This document shows, in pieces, positions 9,521-18,055 of a stretch of 64,000 bases of DNA. Under the pieces are notes generated by a model that saw only the letters and a list, made by a program, of their open reading frames with translations, made no database searches and was not told the DNA's origin. Position numbers and translations under genes: made by a program. Numbering within the stretch: the stretch's first letter is position 1; each line of letters starts with the position of its first letter. The DNA comes from an uncultured delta proteobacterium (lineage in GTDB: Bacteria > Desulfobacterota > Desulfobaccia > Desulfobaccales > 0-14-0-80-60-11). The stretch is taken from the NCBI GenBank assembly GCA_963812015.1, contig CAWETI010000003.1, positions 1,344,001 through 1,408,000 on the forward strand, read 5' to 3'.

Positions 9521-10504
9521 ATGAGTTTAGTGCTGACGGGTTCCGAGGTGATGCAGGTGCTGGATATGGACCTGGCCCTGACCGCGGTTGAGGCTGCCTT
9601 TCGGGCTTATGGCGAAGGCCGGGTGAACATGCCGCCCAAGGCCTATTTAACCCTGGCGCAAGGTGACTTCCGGGCCATGTACGGCGAGATCTTTCTTCCC
9701 AACGACCATATCTGCGGTTTGAAGTGGGTCAATGTTCATCCCGGGAACCCGGCCAAAGCCTTGTTGACGGTGATGGCCAAGATCCTCCTGAATGATCCGG
9801 ACACGGGCCTGGAGTTCGCCGACCTGGACGGCACCCATATCACCGACTTTCGCACCGGCGCGGCGGGAGGGGTGGCTGCCAGGCATCTGGCCCGCCCCGA
9901 CGCCACCCGGTTGGGGCTGATAGGCGCCGGGGCTCAGGCTCGCACCCAGGTCGCAGCCATCTTAAAGGTGCGGTCCATCCAGGAAATCGTGGTGTTCGAC
10001 CGGCACCGGGAACACTCTGAGGCTTTTGCGGCCGAAGTGGCGGCGGCCTACGGGCTGAAAGCCCGGGCCGCCACCGAAGCAGCCGAGGCGGTGACCGGTC
10101 AGGACATCGTGGTTACCACCACCCCCACCCGGACCCCGGTGGTGGCCCGGGAGTGGGTGTCGCCGGGGACCCATATCAACGCCATCGGCGCGGATGCCGC
10201 CGGCAAACAGGAACTGGACCCGGCGATTCTTAGCGCGGGCAAGGTGGTGGTGGACGACTGGGCCCAGGCGTCCCACTCCGGGGAGATCAATGTGGCCCTG
10301 GCCCGGGGCGAGCTGACCCCGGAGCAGATCTATGGCTCTTTGGGGGAGATTGTGGCCGGGAAGAGGCCGGGGCGGAAGAATCCCGAGGAGATTACGGTGT
10401 TTGACTCCACCGGCCTCATCATTCAGGACCTGGCCCTGGGGCTGGCGGTTTACCAGCGCGCCAAGGAAAGGGGCCTGGGGGAGGAGAAGGATTTTTTGAG
10501 ATAA
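9521..10504 (+). CDS. Ornithine cyclodeaminase/mu-crystallin family protein, probably archaeal-type alanine dehydrogenase
   Basis: MPPK-Y, GDFRAM, GLKWVNVHPGNP, RTGAAG, GAGAQA, INAIGAD and FDSTG motifs; GGAGG RBS before ATG 9521. Confidence 0.85.
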   Translation: MSLVLTGSEVMQVLDMDLALTAVEAAFRAYGEGRVNMPPKAYLTLAQGDFRAMYGEIFLPNDHICGLKWVNVHPGNPAKALLTVMAKILLNDPDTGLEFADLDGTHITDFRTGAAGGVAARHLARPDATRLGLIGAGAQARTQVAAILKVRSIQEIVVFDRHREHSEAFAAEVAAAYGLKARAATEAAEAVTGQDIVVTTTPTRTPVVAREWVSPGTHINAIGADAAGKQELDPAILSAGKVVVDDWAQASHSGEINVALARGELTPEQIYGSLGEIVAGKRPGRKNPEEITVFDSTGLIIQDLALGLAVYQRAKERGLGEEKDFLR

Positions 10505-10644
10505 GGGAATTAAGCAAGGAGCTCAGGGAACCCCCTTCCCCTTTGGCTTCCAAGGGCATTCGCTGTCTCATAAACCTTCCTCGCCCTGGGGCCAGAACCG
10601 TTCATTTTATATTGCCGAACAGCTCCTTAGGTCCGATGTCATCT

Positions 10645-10998
10645 TTAAGATGACAAGCCCAGAAAGGTTTTAACTTTCTCCAACACTATCGGCCTTTCGG
10701 CCGGGTCGAACTCCCACAGGGTGGTCTGCTGGGGGGCGTCCTTGTCGTCATCCTGGCAGTCGCCGAAGCCGCAGACCGATGGGGTGGCCTTGGGAGGGCC
10801 CAGGATTTGAGCCAGGTGGTCGGTCACCTGAGCCAGCTCCCCCCGGACCGGCCAGACGCTTAGGACCAGATGATCCCGGGCGATGCGCAGGTGGAGATTG
10901 AGGGCCCCCTCCGGGTCGGCGGGCCCGGCTTCGACGCCCTCGAAGTTCGTCCCCCTGCGGTCTTCACTTACCTTGAAATCAAATTTCACCGGTAACAT
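10645..10998 (-). CDS. Hypothetical protein
   Basis: 117-aa ORF with an AAGGA RBS, starting 6 bp after the upstream small ORF. Confidence 0.7.
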   Translation of the reverse strand: MLPVKFDFKVSEDRRGTNFEGVEAGPADPEGALNLHLRIARDHLVLSVWPVRGELAQVTDHLAQILGPPKATPSVCGFGDCQDDDKDAPQQTTLWEFDPAERPIVLEKVKTFLGLSS

Positions 10999-11004
10999 GA
11001 GTCA

Positions 11005-11205
11005 TTATCCTTTGCCGGCGCAACGCTGGCACAAGAGCCCCTCCGGGGTCTCCCGATGCCACCCTTTGAGCACCACGGCGCCACAGTGTGAGCAGATACC
11101 CAGGATGGTAGGCGATCCATGTCCCCACACCGCCTGTCCCTTGGGGCCCAGACCCAATTTCTGCAGGAAACGCTGCCACCATACCCGGAGAGATGCCAAT
11201 CCCAT
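11005..11205 (-). CDS. Small putative zinc-finger protein (CSHC...CQRC)
   Basis: Two CxxC pairs. An extended -10 (TGCTATAAT) lies 7 nt before ATG 11205, consistent with a leaderless start. Confidence 0.65.
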   Translation of the reverse strand: MGLASLRVWWQRFLQKLGLGPKGQAVWGHGSPTILGICSHCGAVVLKGWHRETPEGLLCQRCAGKG

Positions 11206-11423
11206 GGCTTGCATTATAGCAGAGTTCCTGCTATTTTCCATAACTCCGGCGCCTGGGTGGATACCCGGACCCGGGGTCGGGTCCTTGCCGAGCCGGGAGA
11301 GGGGCGGAGATGGCAGCAGCTATGAATTTGCTTTTTGAGATTTTTCACGCTAACATGGTAAATAAATCAGACCGGGAAAAAACCGACGTAATCGGGAAAT
11401 AGATAGATAAGGAGATAGGCGAC

Positions 11424-14237
11424 ATGGCCAAGGCAACGACGAAACGTTATTGCTATGCCTTCGAAGAAGGTGACGGAACCAATAAAAAACTGCTGGGAGG
11501 CAAGGGAGCCGGCCTGTGCACCATGACCCAGATTAACCTGCCGGTGCCCCCGGGGTTCGTTATCACCACCGAAGCCAACGTGGAATATTTCACCCAGGGG
11601 TCGCATTTTCCTGATGGGCTCATGAATGAGGTCCATGATTACATGTCGGCCCTGGAAGCCAAGACCGGCAAAGGTTTTGGCGACCCGGCCAAGCCCTTGC
11701 TGGTATCGGTTCGTTCCGGTTCCGCCCTCTCCATGCCGGGCATGATGGATACCATCCTCAACCTGGGACTCAATGATGATACGGCCAAAGGCATGATCGA
11801 GCTGACTCAGAATGAGCGCTTCGTCAACGACGCCTACCGCCGTTTTCTGCAACTCTTCGGCAAGATCGGCTTGGGGATGTCGGATGCCGATTTTGACAAG
11901 ATTTTTGACGACATTAAGGAAAAGCATCGCGCCACCGTTGATACCGAGCTGACCACCGAAGCCCTGGCTGAAGTGATAGATGAGTTTAAGAATCTCATCA
12001 AGAAGACCACCGGACGGCCTTTTCCCCATGACCCCTGGGCCCAATTAGTGATTGCCGTGGAAGGAGTGTTCAGATCCTGGATGGGTAAGCGGGCGGTGGA
12101 TTATCGTCGCCAGTTCAACATTACTCCCGAATTGGCCAATGGCACTGCGGTAAACATCTGCACCATGGTCTTCGGCAACATGGGCAACGATTCGGCCACC
12201 GGCGTAGGTTTTACCCGGGACCCGGGCAACGGGGAAAATGTGCTGTATGGTGATTATCTGATCAACGCCCAGGGTGAGGATGTGGTGGCGGGGATCCGCA
12301 CCCCCCGGCCCCTGCGGGAGCTGCGCACCGATATGCCGACCATCTACCGGGAACTAGAAAAGCTGCGCAGCACCCTGGAGAAGCACTATCGGGAAGTGCA
12401 GGATTTCGAGTTCACCATCGAGCGGGGCAAGCTCTACATGCTCCAGACCCGTAATGGTAAAATGAATGCCTGGGCCCTCACCAAGACCTCGGTGGACATG
12501 TACAAGGAAGGCCTGATTTCCGAAGAGGAGGCCCTGCTGCGGGTCGAGGCGGACATGCTGGAGCAGTTTCTCCACCGCCGCATCGATCCCGATGCCAAAA
12601 TCGAGCCTTTGGGCGGCGGCATCTCGGCCTCTCCCGGCGCCGCCACCGGGAAGGTGGTGTTCGATGCCGACCGGGCCGAAAGAATGGGGAATTTGGGTGA
12701 GAAAATTATCCTGACCCGTATTGAGACCAAACCGGAGGACATTCATGGGTTTTTTGTGGCCCAGGGTATTCTCACCAGCCGGGGCGGCAAGACCTCCCAC
12801 GCCGCGGTGGTGGCCCGGGGCATGGGCAAGCCCTGCGTGTCCGGGGTCGAGGGCCTGGATATCAATTATGAACTGAAAGAGGCCCGCATCGGCGGGACCG
12901 TTATCAAAGAAGGGGATATTATCACCATCGACGGCACCTCCGGCAACGTCTTTCTCGGCGCGGTCCCCATGCTGGACCCGGAGTTCGGGCAGGACCTGCC
13001 GTTGTTGTTGAAATGGGCCGATGATATCGCCCGCCTGGAGGTCTGGGCCAACGCCGACACCCCCGAGGCGGCCGCCATGGCTCGTCACCATGGGGCCAAG
13101 GGGATCGGATTGTGCCGCACCGAGCGGATGTTTAACGCCGCGGACCGCCTGCCCCTGGTGCGTAACATGATTCTATCCGACACCCCGGAAGAGCGGAAAC
13201 GCTGGTGCGATCAACTCATGCCCTTGCAGCGCCAGGACTTCCTGGAAATCTTCCGGGCCATGACCGGGCTGCCGGTGGTCGTCCGATTGTTCGACCCGCC
13301 GTTGCACGAATTTTTGCCCAGCTCCGAAGAATTGCTCAATGAGATCAACCGCCTGAAAGAATTCAATCAGGTGATGTATTCCCTGGAGCAGTTGCCCCAG
13401 ACCATGACCATGCTGGATTCGGAACTCTACAAATATGTTCCCAGCATTGAGGCGGTGACCCGGGAATTCAGCCAGTACAAGGCCAAGGGGCTGGACCAGA
13501 ATCTCCTGGCCCAGAAAGAGCGGATGCTGCGCATGGTGCGGGTGTTGACGGAAGTCAACCCCATGCTGGGCAACCGGGGAGTGCGCCTGGGGATCTCCCA
13601 TCCGGAGGTCTACGATATGCAGATCCAGGCCATCTTTGAGGCCACCGCGCTGGCCCTGCGGGAAAAGATCGACGTGCGGCCGGAAGTCATGATCCCCCAG
13701 GTCTGCACCCGGCAAGAGCTGATCTTTGTCAAGGAGCGGGCCGACCGCATCCATCAAGAGGTGGAGAAGCGCTACAACGTCAAGATCAAGTATAAATTCG
13801 GCACCATGATGGAAGTGGTGCGGGCCTGTCTCCGGGCCTCCCGGATGGCGGAAATCGCGGAGTTCTTCTCCTTCGGCACCAACGACCTGTCCCAGGCCAC
13901 CTTCTCCTTCTCCCGGGAAGATGCCGAGAACAAGTTCCTGCCCATCTACAACACTGAGGGAATACTGCGGCACAATCCCTTCGAGATCCTGGATGAATTG
14001 GGGGTAGGCCGGCTGATGGAAATCGCCGTGACCGAAGGCCGCCAGACCCGGCCCGACCTGAAGGTCGGCATCTGCGGCGAACACGGCGGCCAACCCCAGG
14101 CGGTGGAGTTCTGCCACCGCACCGGCCTGACCTACGTATCATGCTCCCCAATGCGGATCCCCATTGCCCGCATGGCCGCAGCCCACGCGGTAATCAAGGA
14201 GAAAAAGGGCGCCGGGGGCAGGTCCAAGGCGCTTTAG
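11424..14237 (+). CDS. ppdK: Pyruvate, phosphate dikinase
   Basis: LLGGKGA, PLLVSVRSG, SMPGMMDT, GGKTSHAAVVARG (phospho-His), GLCRTE, FSFGTNDL and GICGEHGG motifs. Confidence 0.98.
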   Translation: MAKATTKRYCYAFEEGDGTNKKLLGGKGAGLCTMTQINLPVPPGFVITTEANVEYFTQGSHFPDGLMNEVHDYMSALEAKTGKGFGDPAKPLLVSVRSGSALSMPGMMDTILNLGLNDDTAKGMIELTQNERFVNDAYRRFLQLFGKIGLGMSDADFDKIFDDIKEKHRATVDTELTTEALAEVIDEFKNLIKKTTGRPFPHDPWAQLVIAVEGVFRSWMGKRAVDYRRQFNITPELANGTAVNICTMVFGNMGNDSATGVGFTRDPGNGENVLYGDYLINAQGEDVVAGIRTPRPLRELRTDMPTIYRELEKLRSTLEKHYREVQDFEFTIERGKLYMLQTRNGKMNAWALTKTSVDMYKEGLISEEEALLRVEADMLEQFLHRRIDPDAKIEPLGGGISASPGAATGKVVFDADRAERMGNLGEKIILTRIETKPEDIHGFFVAQGILTSRGGKTSHAAVVARGMGKPCVSGVEGLDINYELKEARIGGTVIKEGDIITIDGTSGNVFLGAVPMLDPEFGQDLPLLLKWADDIARLEVWANADTPEAAAMARHHGAKGIGLCRTERMFNAADRLPLVRNMILSDTPEERKRWCDQLMPLQRQDFLEIFRAMTGLPVVVRLFDPPLHEFLPSSEELLNEINRLKEFNQVMYSLEQLPQTMTMLDSELYKYVPSIEAVTREFSQYKAKGLDQNLLAQKERMLRMVRVLTEVNPMLGNRGVRLGISHPEVYDMQIQAIFEATALALREKIDVRPEVMIPQVCTRQELIFVKERADRIHQEVEKRYNVKIKYKFGTMMEVVRACLRASRMAEIAEFFSFGTNDLSQATFSFSREDAENKFLPIYNTEGILRHNPFEILDELGVGRLMEIAVTEGRQTRPDLKVGICGEHGGQPQAVEFCHRTGLTYVSCSPMRIPIARMAAAHAVIKEKKGAGGRSKAL

Positions 14238-14324
14238 GGAAGGGTGGGGGGCCGGATCCCCTCCGGCCTAACCATGAAAACTGAGAAGGGGTCAGGGGCC
14301 AGGGCTCTTGACCCCGATTTTTTT

Positions 14325-15428
14325 ATGATGTTGCCCCGATCAATTAAGCGGATTGTGATGGAAAAGGAGGCCGGGGACTACGCCATGACCCGGCGGATTC
14401 TGGCGCGGTTGCCCGGCGTACCGGTGGAAGTTATCCAGGACCGGGAGGCCCTGCAGGGTGCGGCGCGGGACCGGGCCGCCTGGCTGTCCGAAGCCAAGTC
14501 CACCCTGCTGCTGGCGGTCCAGAAAGGACCTTTCTGGCGGCCTTGTCCCGGGACCAGGGACTATGTCTGCTGCGGCTACCAGGTTCTCCAGGCCACCCTC
14601 AACTGCCCCATGGACTGCACCTACTGTATACTTCAGGGCTATGTCAACGTCCCGGCCGTCACTCTCTTTGTCAACCTTGAGGATATGCTGGAAGAGCTTG
14701 AGACCCGGTGGTCGGAACATCCGGATCAGGTGTGGCGCTTGGGCACCGGGGAATTTGGCGACAGCCTGGCCCTGGACGACCTCATGGGCCTCAATGAGCG
14801 CCTGATTCCCCGGTTTGCCGGTCGGCGGCAGGCCGTCTTGGAGATCAAGAGTAAGTGGCCTCACCTGGACCATCTCCTCTCCCTGGGTCCCAACCCCCAG
14901 GTTATTTTCGCCTGGTCCCTCAATCCCCCGGAGATTATTTTAGGCGAAGAGAAATTCGCCGCTTCTTTAGAGATGCGCCTCAAGGCGGCAGCCCGGGCCG
15001 TGGGTGCGGGATTCCGGGTGGCCTTTCACTTCGATCCCTTGATCTATTTTCCGGGTTGGGAAGAGGCTTATCAGCGTACGGTTGAACGCCTCGGCGCGGC
15101 GGTCCCCTCTCAGGCCATCGCCTGGATCAGCATGGGGGGATTGCGCTTCTTACCGCCGCTGCGCCAGCTCATTTTCCGGCGCTTCCCCAGGAGCCGCATC
15201 GCCGCCCAAGAGATGGTCCTGGCCCCGGATGGCAAGCTCCGCTATTTCAAGAGTTTGCGCGTCGAGATGTACGCCCGCATGCGGGAGTGGCTGAGTCAGG
15301 CAGCCCCGGAAGCCCTCCTCTATCTCTGCATGGAAAGCCCCAGAGTCTGGACTGAGGTCTTCGGGTTCACTCCCGAGGGGGAGGGCCTGTCCAATCTACT
15401 GGACGGACGAGTCCTGTCCCGCCATTGA
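14325..15428 (+). CDS. Radical SAM protein, spore photoproduct lyase (SplB)-like family
   Basis: CPMDCTYC (CxxxCxxC); GTGEFGDSLA, WSLNP, HFDP and LYLCME motifs. Start uncertain (14274 or 14325). Confidence 0.85.
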   Translation: MMLPRSIKRIVMEKEAGDYAMTRRILARLPGVPVEVIQDREALQGAARDRAAWLSEAKSTLLLAVQKGPFWRPCPGTRDYVCCGYQVLQATLNCPMDCTYCILQGYVNVPAVTLFVNLEDMLEELETRWSEHPDQVWRLGTGEFGDSLALDDLMGLNERLIPRFAGRRQAVLEIKSKWPHLDHLLSLGPNPQVIFAWSLNPPEIILGEEKFAASLEMRLKAAARAVGAGFRVAFHFDPLIYFPGWEEAYQRTVERLGAAVPSQAIAWISMGGLRFLPPLRQLIFRRFPRSRIAAQEMVLAPDGKLRYFKSLRVEMYARMREWLSQAAPEALLYLCMESPRVWTEVFGFTPEGEGLSNLLDGRVLSRH

Positions 15429-15749
15429 GACTGGCGAACTTCGTTTACCGCGCTTGCCCTTGGCTTTGTGGACCCCAGTTCCTTCGCCTGGGGAGTCAAA
15501 GATCTCTTGCAGGCGCATGCGCACCCCGAAGGCGGTCAGGTGTTCTTGCTCCAGCAAGCGCTTGATGGCCTTGACCCGATCCAGGTCTTCCAGGGTATAC
15601 TCCCGACGGTTGGATTGAGTGCGGGCGGGTTTCAGAAAGTCATCGAAGGATTTTTCCCAATACCGCAGGGTGGATTTGCGCACCCCGGTAAGCTGGGAAA
15701 TCTGATCGATGGTTAGCATTAGCCTATGAGAAATACTCGATGTTTCCAT
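15396..15749 (-). CDS. MerR family HTH transcriptional regulator
   Basis: TIDQISQLTGVRKSTLRYWE...P-R...RREY; GGAGG RBS. Confidence 0.9.
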   Translation of the reverse strand: METSSISHRLMLTIDQISQLTGVRKSTLRYWEKSFDDFLKPARTQSNRREYTLEDLDRVKAIKRLLEQEHLTAFGVRMRLQEIFDSPGEGTGVHKAKGKRGKRSSPVSMAGQDSSVQ

Positions 15750-16461
15750 AACCCTCCTTTCTGTACTTGATCAAGTCTCTGGCTCAAGGTCTCGATGGCC
15801 CGGTCGCCCTTTCGATATAATGTTCTCCAGGCTCGCAGGGCCTCAAAGCTTTTGACGGAAAAAGCTCTCAGCTATCAGCACGGCTACTTGTGGGCACAAC
15901 GCGGCTAGCCTCTAGGGCCGGCGGAGCTCGCCATAATTCCTCTTGAAAATGACGTGTCACATATTTTCATTCTTCGTGGTGACCTCCCCGGGGTCACGGT
16001 ACGTTCGGATGAGGAAAAAGGCCCCATTTCCTGCCATAACGCCGGGTATCCTCGTCGGCGATCCTGATTTGCGCAGGTGTCCCTTTCCTGAAGATCTGCA
16101 GTTTCCCTGAAGATTCTCAACCTGCCTCAGTTCATGGGGTGAGATTTTCTCTCCCTTTCCTTTGGTCCGGGCTGGCTGCTTCCTTGGCTCTGGTTCAACT
16201 TCTTTAGCAGCCTGCTGAGCCACCTATTGCTCTTTTCGAGATTCCTGGGGAAAAACTTTAAAAAAAATATTCTTGCCCGGGGCCGGATGATCATTTGGCT
16301 TATCAGGTTGGAATGAGACAGAAAAGTCAACTTGATCCCTTGGGTGATCGGCGGGTAAGTCAAACAGAAGGGAGAACAAAACGGGAGCGTTTTTCCCAAG
16401 TTCTCCAGGTTTATCCACGTTTATGAAAAATATGAAAAATATGAAAAAAAGTTTAAGGTAA

Positions 16462-17260
16462 TCAGGCGGAACAGACCAGGCATTGGGGGTTTGGTCGGAT
16501 GGTTTTTTCAGTGAATTGGAACTGATTGCCCTTAAAAATTAAGACCCGGCCCAGAAGCGCCGGTCCTATCCCGCCCAGGATGCGCAGGACCTCAAGGGCT
16601 TGAAGCGACCCCATGATACCCGGCAGGGGACCCAGCAGGGCAGGGCGGAGGGTGGACGGGGTCTCGAGGCCCGAGCACGCCAGGCAAGGGCCATCACCCG
16701 GCCAGAAGGTGGTTAAGCGGCCGGTCATCTCCCATACCCAGGCATGTACCAGGGGGATTTTCTGCCTGGCCGCCGCCAGGTTCAGGAGGGGCCCCGTCCC
16801 GGGGCTATTACTGGCGTCGATCAGCAGGTTGCAGCCATTCGCCAGGCGGAAGACGTTGTGCTCGGAAAGGGCCTTAACCTGGCCCTCCACGCTGACAAAG
16901 GGATTGATTTCTTTGAGTCGTTGTTCGGCCACGGTGGCCTTGGCCTTGCCAAGATCACGCTCCCGGAAGAGCACCTGGTGGTTCAAATCGACGAGACTCA
17001 CCCGGGAGTCATCCACCAGGCGGATGGCGCCTAACCCCCCCGGCCAGAAGGTAAAGCGCCGTAGCCGATGCCAGGCCGCCAGCCCCGGCAATAAGAATAT
17101 GGGAGGATTTAAGGCGTTCCTGAGCTTCACGCCCCCACCCATCCAGGGTCATCTGGCGGGCGTAGCGGGTGACTTCGGCAGGGCTTAATGGAGAAATAAC
17201 GGTCCCTCTCTCCGGGCTGGCGCGCACCTGCACCCCCGGGATATTCTGCTTTGGCCGCAA
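16462..17260 (-). pseudogene. ThiF/MoeB/HesA family protein, frameshifted in a G7 run at 17035-17041
   Basis: The N-terminal part (RYARQM...QERLKSSHILIAGAGGL) is in one frame and the rest (IRLVD...DLGKAKA...CLAC...CLVC) in another. Removing one G joins them as LAGGLGAIRLVD. Start codon uncertain. Confidence 0.85.
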
Positions 17261-17389
17261 TGGCCCCTTCTGACCAGCCTGCCCCCCAACTCGCGCCCAC
17301 CTATCCTGTCGGCAAGATATCCCACAAACTTTAACTTTCCGGGTGGGGCAGGTATAATGAATAAAGCGTTAAGAACACGGAGATTCCAG

Positions 17390-18055
17390 GTGATCAAGTT
17401 AGTGGAGGTGTGCAAGGTTTACCACCGAGGGCCTGAAACGATCCAGGCCCTCGACAACCTCACCCTGGAGATCGACTCCGGGGAATTTGTGGCCATCACC
17501 GGCAAGAGCGGCTGCGGCAAGAGCACCCTCTTGCATATCATCGGTGGCCTGGAGCCCGTAAGCCGCGGCCGGGTATTCCTGGACGGCCACGACCTGGCGG
17601 TTCTGGCGGAACCCGCGCTGACTCGATTCCGGCGGGACCGGGTGGGGGTGGTATTCCAATCCTTTAACCTGCTGCCCCTTTTGACCCTGGAAGAAAACGT
17701 CGCCCTGCCCCGGGTTCTCCAGGGGGCCACTTATGAGCAGGCTCAACAAGAAGCGGCCCATTGGTTGGCGGAGGTGGATTTGAGCGCCCGCCGGAGCCAC
17801 AAGCCTCACCAGGTCTCCGGCGGCGAGATGCAGCGGGCCGCCATTGCCCGGGCCCTGATCAATCAGCCGGCGGTCATTCTGGCCGACGAACCCACCGGCA
17901 ACCTGGATTCCGTTACCGCCGCCCAGATCCTGCAACTCTTCTCTCACCTGAACCGCCGCTGGGGCAAAACCATCGTCCTGGTAAGCCATGCGCCGGAGGC
18001 CGGCCAGGTTGCCCACCGGGTGCTGCGGCTGGCGGACGGCCGGCTGCTGACATGA
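17390..18055 (+). CDS. ABC transporter ATP-binding protein (LolD/MacB-like)
   Basis: GKSGCGKS, VSGGEMQR, ADEPTGNLD and H-loop motifs; GTG start after GGAG. Confidence 0.95.
   Translation: MIKLVEVCKVYHRGPETIQALDNLTLEIDSGEFVAITGKSGCGKSTLLHIIGGLEPVSRGRVFLDGHDLAVLAEPALTRFRRDRVGVVFQSFNLLPLLTLEENVALPRVLQGATYEQAQQEAAHWLAEVDLSARRSHKPHQVSGGEMQRAAIARALINQPAVILADEPTGNLDSVTAAQILQLFSHLNRRWGKTIVLVSHAPEAGQVAHRVLRLADGRLLT

Noticed and set aside
17761..18051. Long N-terminal extensions in the ORF track (permease from 17761, cysC from 56023, fliA from 6050, glmS from 46566)
   Set aside because: They overlap upstream genes or promoters; downstream starts with an RBS or translational coupling match the family N-termini.
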